From an uncultured Myxococcales bacterium (GTDB taxonomy: Bacteria > Myxococcota_A > UBA9042 > GCA-2863065): a stretch of DNA of 64,000 nt. The stretch is from contig CAZJHX010000039.1 in the NCBI GenBank assembly GCA_964545715.1, positions 4,204-68,203 of the forward strand, given 5' to 3'. The notes below the pieces were generated by a model, which did not search any database, was not told the DNA's origin, and worked only from the letters and a program-made list of their open reading frames with translations. Shown in pieces: positions 34,828-46,600 of the stretch. The translations under genes and the position numbers were made by a program. Positions within the stretch are counted from its first letter, which is position 1. Every line of letters begins with the position of its first letter.

Positions 34828-34900
34828 GCTGCATTACCTCCTGCTATTGGGGTCGGCCCAACGATAGCACGAAAGGGGCGAACAGGCGTATGCTCCAGGC

Positions 34901-35998
34901 ATGGGGATAACCGCCATGAGCGGATACGGCGTATCCAGAGATTGGCGGGAAGCCGTAGACCAGGCGCTGGCTGCATTGGAGCCCATGCACGGCCGAGCCA
35001 GCGTCGGTTTTTTGTATGCCACCGACTACTTCGCTTCCGCCGCGGACAGCATCCGCCGGTTGGTGGTCGAGCGCACCGGTGTAACGGTGCTGTCCGGCAC
35101 CGTCGGCATGGGCGTGTGCTGCACCTCAATGGAGTTCATGAACACGCCGGCCGTCGTGCTGATGCTGCTCCGCGTGCCGGACGGCGTGGCCTCCGAGGTG
35201 ATCGGCTGCGACGACCTCGTGTCGGGCGAGCACGGCGCGGTGACGATCGCCCACATCGACCCCCGGGAGGGGCGCGGAGTCGGCGGCGGACCCCAGTTCG
35301 GCGGAGCGTTTCTCATCGGAGCCCTGACGTCATCGCGGGGTCCCAGCGTCCAGTTTCACCGGGACGGCATCGAGGAGGAGGGCGCCACGGGCGTGGCGTT
35401 TGGCGAGGGGATCGAGGTCCAAAGCGGCTTGACCCAGGGGTGCACCCCGCTGGCGGGCTGGCGCCGGGTGACGCGGGCGATGGGGCCCGTACTGATCGAG
35501 CTGGACAACCGGCCGGCGCTGGACGTGCTGATGGAGGACGCCGCCGGCATCGTAGCGGGCGACGTCGAGCGGCTGCGCGGGCGGGTCTTTGCCGCGGTCG
35601 CGCTGCCGAACCGGGACCGGGCGGACTACGTCGTGCGCAACCTCATCGGCGTAGACATCCGGGAGCGGGCGGTCGCGATCGCGCAGCCGTGTCAGGTGGG
35701 TCAGACCGTTCAGTTCATGCGGCGCGACCCAGACGCGGCCGCGGAGGATATGACCCGCATGCTGCGCGAGCTGAAGGGGCGGACGTCCCGGACGCCGGCG
35801 GCGGCGCTCTATTTCTCGTGCGTGGGGCGCGGACAGAACCTCTTTGACACCCCCGGGCGTGAGCTGGAGCTGATCACGGATGTGCTCGGGGATCTGCCGC
35901 TGGTGGGCTTTTTCGGCAACGGCGAGATTTGCCATCGCTACATCTACGGATATACCGGAGTTCTGGCGCTGCTCTACGCGCCGAAGGACGTGCATTGA
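34901..35998 (+). CDS. FIST domain signal-transduction protein (FIST N and FIST C)
   Basis: The overall pattern matches the FIST family: GFLYATDYF...VLSGTVGMGVC...AVTIAHIDP in the N-terminal half and LYFSCVGRGQNLF...LPLVGFFGNGEI in the C-terminal half. Confidence 0.55.
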   Translation: MGITAMSGYGVSRDWREAVDQALAALEPMHGRASVGFLYATDYFASAADSIRRLVVERTGVTVLSGTVGMGVCCTSMEFMNTPAVVLMLLRVPDGVASEVIGCDDLVSGEHGAVTIAHIDPREGRGVGGGPQFGGAFLIGALTSSRGPSVQFHRDGIEEEGATGVAFGEGIEVQSGLTQGCTPLAGWRRVTRAMGPVLIELDNRPALDVLMEDAAGIVAGDVERLRGRVFAAVALPNRDRADYVVRNLIGVDIRERAVAIAQPCQVGQTVQFMRRDPDAAAEDMTRMLRELKGRTSRTPAAALYFSCVGRGQNLFDTPGRELELITDVLGDLPLVGFFGNGEICHRYIYGYTGVLALLYAPKDVH

Positions 35999-36633
35999 GC
36001 TTTCTGGATCGTGTGACGCGCCGGCTCGAGACCGCCAAGAAGCAAGCCGAGGTGGTGGCCAGGCGCCTGGTGGACGAGGCCCGAAAGCGTGCGGACGAGG
36101 CCGGTTTGACGGATCGGCCGGCCGGCTCTGGACCGCCGACTCCGCCACCGCCGGCGCCGCTGGCCACCGAACAGGTCGCCACGTCGGACGCGTGTGTGCT
36201 GATGGGGCTGACCGGGCTGAAAATGGGGCTGGAGCCGCAGGGCCGTCCGCTGCTGATCAACCACTGGGCGACGTGGTGCGAGGGCTGCGTCGCCGAGCTG
36301 CCGCTGCTGGTGGAGCTGAGGCGCCGCTGGCGAGGCAAGGTCGACTTTGTCGGCGTCGGCTGGGAGGGGTTCAGCGGACTGGCGACGCCTCAGCAGCAGG
36401 TGACCGCTGTCGAGAGGGTGGCGGCGGAGCACGGCGTGGACTGGGCCACCATGATCTTTGAGGGCACAGCCGGCCAGCTGTTCACGGGGCTGAGCCTGAC
36501 GTCACACGAGATCCCGCAGACGCTGCTGCTGAACCCAGCCGGCGCCGTGCTGACGCGACACGATTCAGTGCTGGACGGCGACGCGATCAACCGCATCGAG
36601 GCCGCTCTCCGCGAGAGCATCGGCTCCGTCTAA
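35995..36633 (+). CDS. TlpA/ResA-like thioredoxin-fold thiol-disulfide oxidoreductase
   Basis: The WCxxC active site reads LLINHWATWCEGCVAELPLLVEL. The TTG start overlaps the FIST stop (TTGA); alternative starts are GTG 36013 or ATG 35929. Confidence 0.6.
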   Translation: MSFLDRVTRRLETAKKQAEVVARRLVDEARKRADEAGLTDRPAGSGPPTPPPPAPLATEQVATSDACVLMGLTGLKMGLEPQGRPLLINHWATWCEGCVAELPLLVELRRRWRGKVDFVGVGWEGFSGLATPQQQVTAVERVAAEHGVDWATMIFEGTAGQLFTGLSLTSHEIPQTLLLNPAGAVLTRHDSVLDGDAINRIEAALRESIGSV

Positions 36634-37547
36634 TGCCAAAGTCGCGGATGGCCTTGCTGGGGCTGGGACTGCTGCCGTTGGCGATAGCGGCGGCGGTGAT
36701 CGTCGGCGTGATCAAGCTGTCCGACTACGAGCACGCCAACAACCTGCCCGACGGGTACGAGCGCATGGAGCGCGGCCGGTTCGAAGTTCACTATCCGCGC
36801 GGCCTTCGCGGCGAGGCGAGCCGGGTCGTCGATGCCGCCGAGGTTTTTATCGAGCTGGCGGTCGAGTCGATGTCACCGCTGCTGGGCGACCTGACGCCGC
36901 CGACGGGGCCCTTTCGTCTGACGCTGTTTGCCGACCGGGCGGACTTTGAGCGCTTTGCGTCGGCGACGCTGGACGATGACATGTCCCACAACGGCGGATA
37001 CTTCGACACGATGACGCTGGAGATCGTGCTGGTCATGTCCGAGGTCGAGTCGGAGACGGGCATGGGCATTCGGCACGAGGTCGCGCACATGCTGGTGGGG
37101 CGCGGCGGTGGGCGGTACGGCACCAAGATGCCCGCCTGGCTGCATGAGGGCCTGGCGACGTACCTGGAGACGGCGGACCCGAAGCGGCCGGGCGATCCAG
37201 CGCGAGTGGCCCAGTGGGTGCGCATGGTCTCAGCCGTAAACGCGCCACCGACCGTCGCGGAGATCGTCGGCGCGAATCGCCGCGCGTTCAGCGGTGAGGG
37301 CAACGACGTCTATTACGCGTACTCCAACCTGCTGGTGCACTTTCTGATGCGGCGATCGGCGGACCGCTTCTGGCGCTTTGCCCGGGCCGCCCGGGAGGGC
37401 CGCGACCTGGACCTGGACGGCTTGCTGAAACACTTCGGGCCGCACGACCTGCTGGAGGCGGCGTGGACCGGCGCGATGGAGGCGGCCCGCACGCAGTATG
37501 CAACCGAGCTGGGAGAGCGGATCGACCGCCTGCGAAAAGTACAGTAG
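36633..37547 (+). CDS. Membrane-anchored putative zinc metallopeptidase-like protein (HExxH)
   Basis: The ATG overlaps the upstream TAA (TAATG). The N-terminal TM helix is MALLGLGLLPLAIAAAVIVGVI. The HEVAHML motif is present, with the downstream EGLATYLE as a possible third ligand. Confidence 0.5.
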   Translation: MPKSRMALLGLGLLPLAIAAAVIVGVIKLSDYEHANNLPDGYERMERGRFEVHYPRGLRGEASRVVDAAEVFIELAVESMSPLLGDLTPPTGPFRLTLFADRADFERFASATLDDDMSHNGGYFDTMTLEIVLVMSEVESETGMGIRHEVAHMLVGRGGGRYGTKMPAWLHEGLATYLETADPKRPGDPARVAQWVRMVSAVNAPPTVAEIVGANRRAFSGEGNDVYYAYSNLLVHFLMRRSADRFWRFARAAREGRDLDLDGLLKHFGPHDLLEAAWTGAMEAARTQYATELGERIDRLRKVQ

Positions 37548-37557
37548 TCAGCCGGGC

Positions 37558-38787
<1,230 letters not shown>

Positions 38788-38803
38788 CTAGAAGGGCAAT
38801 CCT

Positions 38804-39568
38804 TCAAAGCACGTAGGGGATAACGGCGCGGCGCTCGGCAGGGTAGTCGTCGAACTTGTCGCGGTACCACTTGTGGTTGGTCAACGCGCGGGGGACCAGG
38901 TTGGCGAAGGTCCAAAACGCAAACGCCAGGCCGCCGATGGACCAGGTCGCGATCGCCCAGCCGGTCCACTCCACCACCTCACCGAAGTAGTTGGGGCACG
39001 AGACCCAGCGATAGAAGCCGCCCTTGGGGATCTTGTAGCCGGTCTCACCGGGCTTGCGCAGGTTGCGCAGGATGTCGTCGGCCTGCAGGTTGATGTACCA
39101 GCCGGTCAGGAAGACGGCAGCGCCGACCAGGAAGCGGGGATCGGCCAGCCACTCGGTGGGGTAGCCGCCGCTGAGCGTGAAGATCCAGCGGGCCTGCACG
39201 TAGCCGTTGCCGCAGTTGAAGATGACGCCCATCAGCATCACGAGCGCGGGCATGCGCTTGTCTTTGTCGCCTCGGATCCTGAACGGGAAGATCAGGGTGC
39301 GATTAACATAGTGCAGGTGCCACATGGCGGCGAAGACGAGCGACGCGGCGCTGGTCGGGTAGTCGCCGATCAGCCACAGCACGTCGAACACGATCAGCGT
39401 GGGGGCCTCCATGATGATCCAGCCCAGGCGGTTGGACACGGTGGGCCCCCAGCCGCCGCGCGCGTGCCGACCGTAAGGTGCCGAGATAAAGAGCAGGATC
39501 AGAAATACGCTGCCCGCGAGCGCGAACCAGCCGATGAGCAGCTGATCGTAGAAGGCTTGCTCAGCCAT
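38804..39568 (-). CDS. Steroid 5-alpha-reductase / DUF1295-family membrane protein
   Basis: Multi-TM protein. The C-terminal signature is GGFYRWVSCPNYFGEVVEWTGW. Confidence 0.65.
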   Translation of the reverse strand: MAEQAFYDQLLIGWFALAGSVFLILLFISAPYGRHARGGWGPTVSNRLGWIIMEAPTLIVFDVLWLIGDYPTSAASLVFAAMWHLHYVNRTLIFPFRIRGDKDKRMPALVMLMGVIFNCGNGYVQARWIFTLSGGYPTEWLADPRFLVGAAVFLTGWYINLQADDILRNLRKPGETGYKIPKGGFYRWVSCPNYFGEVVEWTGWAIATWSIGGLAFAFWTFANLVPRALTNHKWYRDKFDDYPAERRAVIPYVL

Positions 39569-40541
39569 TCAGCCTACCGGCCTCCTTGAACCAGGCGTAG
39601 GTGTCAGCGACGGTCTGCTGGACGGGGCGCGGGTCGAAGCCCAGCTCGTCTTTGGCTTTCTGGTTGCTGATCCGCGGGTTGCTGCGCAGCGCGTGCAGGG
39701 CGGCGCCGGTGAACTTGGCCTCGGTCCCGGTCATGCGGGCCCAGCCGACGGCGAACGGGGCGCTGGCACGCGCGAGCCACATCGGGGTGACGAATCGTGG
39801 CGCCTTCACGCCGGTGGCGGCCTCTGCGTATTGTCCGATCTCAACGGTCGAGCGCCACTCGCTGGCCAGGATATAGCGCTCGCCTTTGCGGCCGCGCGCC
39901 TCGGCGGCGAGGGCGCCGTCCACGACGTCCCGGACGTCGACCCAGGTGTATCCGCCGTCGACGAGGCCGGGCAGGCGCTTATTGTAGAGGTCGTGGAGGA
40001 CCTGCCCCATCCGCGACGGGGCGTAGTCGTGTGGGCCGATGACGCCGCACGGGTTGACGATTACGGCGTCCAGCCCGCGCTCCACGGCAGCCAGGATCTC
40101 GCGCTCGCCGGCGGCCTTGCTGCGGTCGTACGGCAGGTCGTCCTCGCCGGCGGGCTCGTTGGTCTCGTCGATCGGCTTCTCGCGCGGAAACTCATTGAGG
40201 GCGTGGGTCGAGCTGAAGTGCACCAGGCGCCGTACGCCGTTCTCCAAGCACGCCTGGGCGATATTTTTGGGCCCGCCGACGTTGACGGTCTGCAGCACAG
40301 GCTCGTTGCGACCGGAGATCGAGATGACCGCCGCCAGGTGAAAAACCACGTCCACGTCGCGGGTGGCGGCACGAACGGACTCCAAATCGGAGACATCACC
40401 GTCCACACGCTGAATGTCCAGGCCCTCCAGCGCGTCATTGTTGCCATGAATAAGGGCCCGGACGGGGCGACCACGGTCGACGAGGGTGCGCACGAGATTG
40501 CACCCGATATGTCCGTTTGCGCCGGTGACGAGGACGGTCAT
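39561..40541 (-). CDS. NAD-dependent epimerase/dehydratase family protein
   Basis: The ATG at 40541 gives MTVLVTGANGHIGCNLVRTL (GxxGxxG). The catalytic YDRSK motif (Y-x3-K) is present. The gene overlaps the downstream gene by 8 nt. Confidence 0.8.
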   Translation of the reverse strand: MTVLVTGANGHIGCNLVRTLVDRGRPVRALIHGNNDALEGLDIQRVDGDVSDLESVRAATRDVDVVFHLAAVISISGRNEPVLQTVNVGGPKNIAQACLENGVRRLVHFSSTHALNEFPREKPIDETNEPAGEDDLPYDRSKAAGEREILAAVERGLDAVIVNPCGVIGPHDYAPSRMGQVLHDLYNKRLPGLVDGGYTWVDVRDVVDGALAAEARGRKGERYILASEWRSTVEIGQYAEAATGVKAPRFVTPMWLARASAPFAVGWARMTGTEAKFTGAALHALRSNPRISNQKAKDELGFDPRPVQQTVADTYAWFKEAGRLNG

Positions 40542-40667
40542 CAGGCCGACCGTAGCCGCGCATGCGGGCGTTTGCAACCAGCGCGGTTTGACACGGCCTC
40601 CGGCGCGGGAGGTATGCTCCCGGCCCTGAGGCGTGTGGTGTTTAGAAGAGACAGGGGCGGTGATCTA

Positions 40668-43600
40668 ATGCGGTTTACTTTCTTTGCGTTGGCGACAGGT
40701 GTGGTGCTTGCGGGTTGTCCCAGTGACCCCGTTGACGGCGGGTCCCAGGGTTCGGGCGATCTGGCGGACGTCTTGTTTGACACGGCAGGCGACGCGCAGG
40801 GCGACGACGCGGGCGACACGACCGGCGACGACGACGCCGACACCACCGGCGCGGACGACACGACTGAGCCGACCGGCGACGACGACGCGGATACGGGCGA
40901 CGTGGAGCCGACCGAGCCGAGCTGCGGCGCGTACTGCAAGGTGCTGGCGCAGGCATGCACCGACGACAACGAGCAGTTCGCAGGCGAGGCGGAGTGCAAC
41001 ACCTACTGCCAGGACACCGCGCAGCTGCCGCTGGGTGCGGCCGCCGACACCGACGTGAACTCGGTGGGCTGCCGGATGTACCACGCCGGCGTGGCGTCGC
41101 AGCAGGAGCCCGAGGTGCACTGCCCGCACGCGGGACCGACCGGCGCCGATACCTGCGGCACCTGGTGCGAGAACTACTGCCACCTGGCCATGACCAACTG
41201 CACAGGCGCCAACGCGGTGTACGACACGCCGGCCGATTGCGAGGCGGCCTGTGCGGACCTGGTCGACGACGGGGAGGCCGGGGACACGGACGGCGACACC
41301 GTGCAGTGCCGCATCTATCACGCCGGCGTGGCCGGGACCAACGGCGACACCAGCGCTGAGATCCACTGCCCGCACGCCGGTCCGGACGGCGGCGGTGTGT
41401 GCGTGGACGCGATCGAGCCGGTGGACCCGACCTGTGAGGCCTACTGCGCGGCGATCACGGATGCCTGCACGGGCGACAACCTCCAGTACGCCGATGAAAC
41501 GGCCTGCCTGACCTACTGCGGCGCGTCGGCCCAGCTGCCGCTGGGTACGTCGGAGGACGTGGACGGCAACACGGTAGGCTGCCGCATCTATCACGCCGGT
41601 GTGGCGTCCACGAGCGACGAGAACGCCGCCATTCACTGCGTCCACGCGGGCCCGACCGGCGGCGACGTCTGCGGCGCGTGGTGCGACAACTACTGCCACC
41701 TGGCACAGACCAACTGCTCGGACGACAACGCGCTGTACAGCGACAGCGCGGCCTGTGACGCGGCGTGCGCGGACTTCCCGGCGACGGGCGCGGCCGGTGA
41801 CGTCGACGGTGACACCGTGCAGTGCAAGATCTACCACCTGGGTGTGGCCGGCAGCGACGGGGACGACAGCGCCGCGGTGCACTGCCCGCATGGCGGCATC
41901 GACGGCGGGGACGTCTGCGTGGCGCCCGTACTGCCGCCGACGTGCGCGGAGTACTGCGCGGCGGTCCAGGCAGCGTGCACCGACGACAACGCCCAGTATG
42001 CGTCGGAGGACGCATGCAACGCGTATTGCCAGGATTGGGCTCAGATACCGGCCGGCGCGCTGTCGGACACCGGCGGCAACACGATCGGCTGCCGCCTCTA
42101 TCACGCAGGTGTGGCCAGCGCGAGCGAGGACAACGCGGTCGTGCACTGCCCGCACGCGGGTGCGTCCGGTGGGGACGTGTGCGGCACCTGGTGTGAGAAC
42201 TACTGTCACCTGGCCGAGACCAACTGCACCGGTGACGATGCGCTGGACTTTGGTGACGGGGACTGCCCGGTCGCATGCACCGGCTACGGTGTGGACGCCG
42301 CTCCCGGTTCGGTCGACGGAGACTCGGTGCAGTGCCGCATCTATCACCTGGGTGTCGCCGGCAGCGACCCGCCCGACTCCGCCGGGGTCCACTGCCCGCA
42401 CGGCGGTCTGGACGGCGGCGGTGTCTGCGTGCCGCCACCCGAGCCGACGACATGCACGCCGATCGCCGCGCTGAGCTGCGGTGACAACCTGTCCGGGGTC
42501 TCCAACAACATGGACGGCAGCACCAACGTCATGGGCGACTACTTCTGCTCGCCGTTTGGCGACGACTACGGCACGGGCCCCGAGGCGACCTGGTCGTTTG
42601 AGGTGAGCGAGACCACGATCGTGGATATCAGCGACGGCGGCGCCGGCGAGGTCGACATCTTTTTGCTGGAGGACCACGGCAACGGGTGCGAGGCGAGCGA
42701 GGCCAGCTGTGTGTTGGGCGAGTTTGACGACCTGTCGTTTACGGCCGCTCCGGGCGCGACCTACTACGTGGTGGTGGACACCTGGGGCGGGGACGACGCG
42801 ACGTTTGATCTCTCGGTGACCTGCTGTACGCCGAGCTGCACGGACAAGGCGTGCGGCGACGACGGCTGCGGCAGCTCGTGCGGCGACTGCGGTGACGGTG
42901 AGGTGTGCAACGACGCGGGCGCGTGCGAGGAGGCGGTGCCGACGTGCGAGGACTACTGCGCGGCCGTGGCGGCGGCGTGCACGGACGACAACGCCCAATA
43001 CGCCAGCGTGGACGCGTGCTTGAACTACTGCGCAACGTGGGCGCAGCTTCCGGTCGGCTCGCTGGCGGACACGGACACAAACACGGTGGGGTGCCGCACG
43101 TACCACGCGGGCGTCGCGGCCCTCAGCGAAGACGACGCGGCGATCCACTGTCCGCACGCGGGCCCGTCGGGCGGCAACGTCTGCGGCTCCTGGTGCGACA
43201 ACTACTGCCACCTTTCGTCGGCCAACTGTACCGACGCCAACGCGCTGTATGCCGACGGCGATGCCTGCTCGGCCGCGTGCGAGGCCTTCCCGGCCGTCGG
43301 TGAGGTGGCGGACACCAGCGGCAACACGGTGCAGTGCCGCATCTATCACCTGGGCGTGGCGGGCTCGGCGCTGCCCGACTCGGCTGGCGTGCACTGTCCT
43401 CACGGGGCCGTGGACGGCGGCGGGGTCTGCGTAAAGGGCGGCTCGACGTGCGAGGACGCCATCACGGTGGGGGCCCTGCCCTACAGCGATGCGGGTGAGA
43501 CCGATACCGCCAGTGGCGACTACAGCTACAACGCAGGCGACTGCCCGGGCGAGAGCAGCGGGTGGGGCGCGGGCAGCAACGACGTGGTGTACGCGTTTAC

Positions 43601-46600
43601 GCCCGAGACCGGCGGCAATCACGACATCGAGCTGACGGGTGCGCCCGGCTTCGACAGCAACCTGTATGTGGTCACGGACTGTGGGGACATCGGGTCGACC
43701 TGTCTGGCGGCGGACGATGACATCGGCAGCAACATCACCGAGTCGATTACGCTGAACCTGACCGCGGGCGCGACCTACTACATCATCGTGGACGGCTGGA
43801 ACAACAGCGGCAACGTCTCGGGCGCGTACACGCTGACCGTGGACCGCTCGGCGCCGACCTGCGCCGAGTATTGCGCGCTGATCCAGTCCGCGTGCACGGG
43901 CGACAACGCGCAGTATGCGGACGAGGCCGTGTGCCTGACCTACTGCACCACGCAAGCGCAGCTTGTGGCGGGGGCGGCGGCGGACGTCGACGGCAACACG
44001 ATCGGGTGCCGCACCTATCACGCGGGGGTCGCCTCGCTGAGTGATGAGAACGCGGCAGTCCACTGCGCTCATGCCGGTCCGTCCGGCGGCGACGTCTGCG
44101 GGACCTGGTGCGACAACTACTGCTACCTGGCGGGCCTGAACTGCACCGGCGGCGATGCGCTGTTCGTCGACGACGGCGCGTGTGGCGCGGCGTGCGCGGA
44201 CTTTACGGACGACGCAGAGCCGGGCGCGGTCTCGGGCGACAGCGTGCAGTGCCGCATCTATCACCTGGGCGTGGCCGGCTTTGACGCCGACTCACCGGCC
44301 ATCCACTGCCCGCACGGCGGCACGGACGGCGGCGGTGTGTGCGTGGAGGCCCCGTCTGAAGGCGACACATGTGAGTCGGCTTTTGTGGTGGACGCGGCGC
44401 CCTTCTCGGCGACGGGCGATACGACCGGGGCCAACGCGGACTACGCATACGGCGACGGGGAGTGCCCCGGCGAGACCAGCGGCTGGGGCGCGGCTTCGGC
44501 CGATCAGGTCTACACGTTTACGCCCACGGCGTCGGCGCTGTACACGATCACCCTGGAGGCGGACGCCGACTTCGACAGCAACCTGTACGTCGTGAGCGAC
44601 TGCGGCGACATCGGCAGCAGCTGCCTGGCGGCGGACGACGCGATTGGGGGCGGCCAGACCGAGTCCGTCGCTGTGAACCTGACCGCCGGCACAACGTACT
44701 TCATCGTGGTAGACGGCTGGTCCAACGCCAGCGACATCGCGGGCGCGTACACGCTGTCGATCGACGGCGGAGCTCCGACCTGCGAGAGCTACTGTGCCGA
44801 TATCACCGCCGCGTGCACCGGCGACAACGCCCAATACGCGGACGCGGATGCGTGCCTGGCGTACTGCACCAACTCCCAGCTGCCGATCGGCGCCACGGGC
44901 GACGTGGACGGCAACTCGCTGGGCTGCAGGACCTACCACGCGGGCGTGGCGGCGCAGACCGACCCGGCCGTGCACTGTATCCACGCGGGTCCGTCGGGCG
45001 GCGACATCTGCGGAAGCTGGTGCGACAACTACTGCCACCTGGCGGCGAATAACTGCAGCGACGGTGACGCCCTGTTTGGGGACGACGCCGCCTGCGCGGA
45101 CGCGTGCGCGCTGTACCCGCTGAACGGTGACGCCGGCGACACGGTCGGCAACAGCGTGCAGTGCCGCATCTACCATCTGGGTGTGGCCGGGGACGACACC
45201 GGCGCGGGTCCGACCGTGCACTGCCCGCACGGCTCGATCGACGGCGGCGGCGTATGCAGCGGCCCCGGCGGGCAGACCTGCGAAGACGCGTTTGCTGCGA
45301 CCGGCGGGCTGCCGTACACGTCGGCCGGCACGACGGTGGGCAAATCCAATGACTATTCGATTCAGCCACAGTGGTGTGACCCGGATCTGCCGAGCACCTC
45401 GGGCGCGGGCTCGTCGGACGAGGCGTACGTGTTCACGGCCCCCGCGGACGGCACCTATCACGTGGATGTAGACGTCAGCTTTGACGCGCTGCTGTACGCG
45501 CTGGGCGACTGTGCGGACGCGGAGAACACCTGTCTGGGCGGGTCGGACGCGATCGGCGGCAGCGCAAACGAGCACCTGGAGCTGGACATGACGGCGGGCG
45601 AGTCGGTGTACCTGGTCGTGGACGGCTGGTCGTCCACGTCGAACATCAGCGGCGACTACAGCCTGACGATCAATGGGCTTGGCCACAACTGCGCGCTGCC
45701 GCATCCGATCTCGGAGCTGCCCTTCAGCCACACGTCGTCGACCAACGGCGTGGGCAACGACGCCAGCTACTCTGCGGGCGGCTGTCCGGGCGAGAGCTTT
45801 GGGTGGGGCGCGGGCTCCAGCGACGTGGTCTACGCGTTTACGCCGGGCGCCACGGGCGACTACAACGTGACGCTGACCGGCAACAACTTCGACAGCAACC
45901 TGTACGTGGTGACGGACTGCGGCGACATCGACGGCACCTGCGTGGGCGCCGACGACGAGGTGTGCGCCAACTGCACGGAGGAGCTGACGCTGACGTTGAA
46001 GGGCGGCACGACGTACTTCATCGTTGCGGACGGCTTCGGCAACAGCAACAACGTCAACGGGGCATACACGTTGACCGTGGACCTGGTCGGGCTGCAGGCG
46101 CCGACGTGCGAGACCTACTGCGCGGACGTGACGGCGGCCTGCACAGGCGACAACAGCCAGTTTGCCGACGAGGCCGCCTGCCTGGCCTACTGCGGCACCT
46201 GGGCGCAGCTGGACGCGGGTGAGCCGGGCGACACGGACGGCAACTCGATCGCCTGCCGCATCTACCACGCGGGGGTGGCGTCGGCCGATGAGGCGTCCGC
46301 TGCGATTCACTGCGATCACGCGGGTCCGTCCGGCGGAAACGTGTGCGGCAGCTGGTGCGAAAACTACTGCGATCTGGCGGCGACGAACTGCGCCGGAGAC
46401 AACGCGCTCTTCGCGGACGGCGACGCGTGTACGGCGGCGTGCGAGGCGTACGACGACCTGGGCGGGTCGGGCGACACCGACGGCGACACCGTGCAGTGTC
46501 GCATCTATCACCTGGGCGTGGCCGGCAGCGACGGCGACACATCGGCGGCGGTTCACTGTCCGCACGGCGGCATCGACGGCGGCGGCGTCTGCGTCTACCC

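Noticed and set aside
39693-40667. The first 325 codons of the 3234-aa ORF-track entry upstream of ATG 40668
   Set aside because: This stretch is the antisense of the epimerase gene (39561..40541) and reads as Gly/Ala/Arg-rich nonsense. A canonical lipoprotein signal peptide begins at 40668, so I trimmed the giant gene to that ATG.
40665-44264. 1199-aa minus-strand ORF antisense to the giant gene; similar long antisense ORFs at 44292..46565, 47346..49121, 50393..53809 and 53840..54691
   Set aside because: Arg/Ala/Gly/Val-rich low-complexity translations, typical of the stop-poor antisense frame of a 70% GC gene. The sense frame has clear domain structure and signal peptides.
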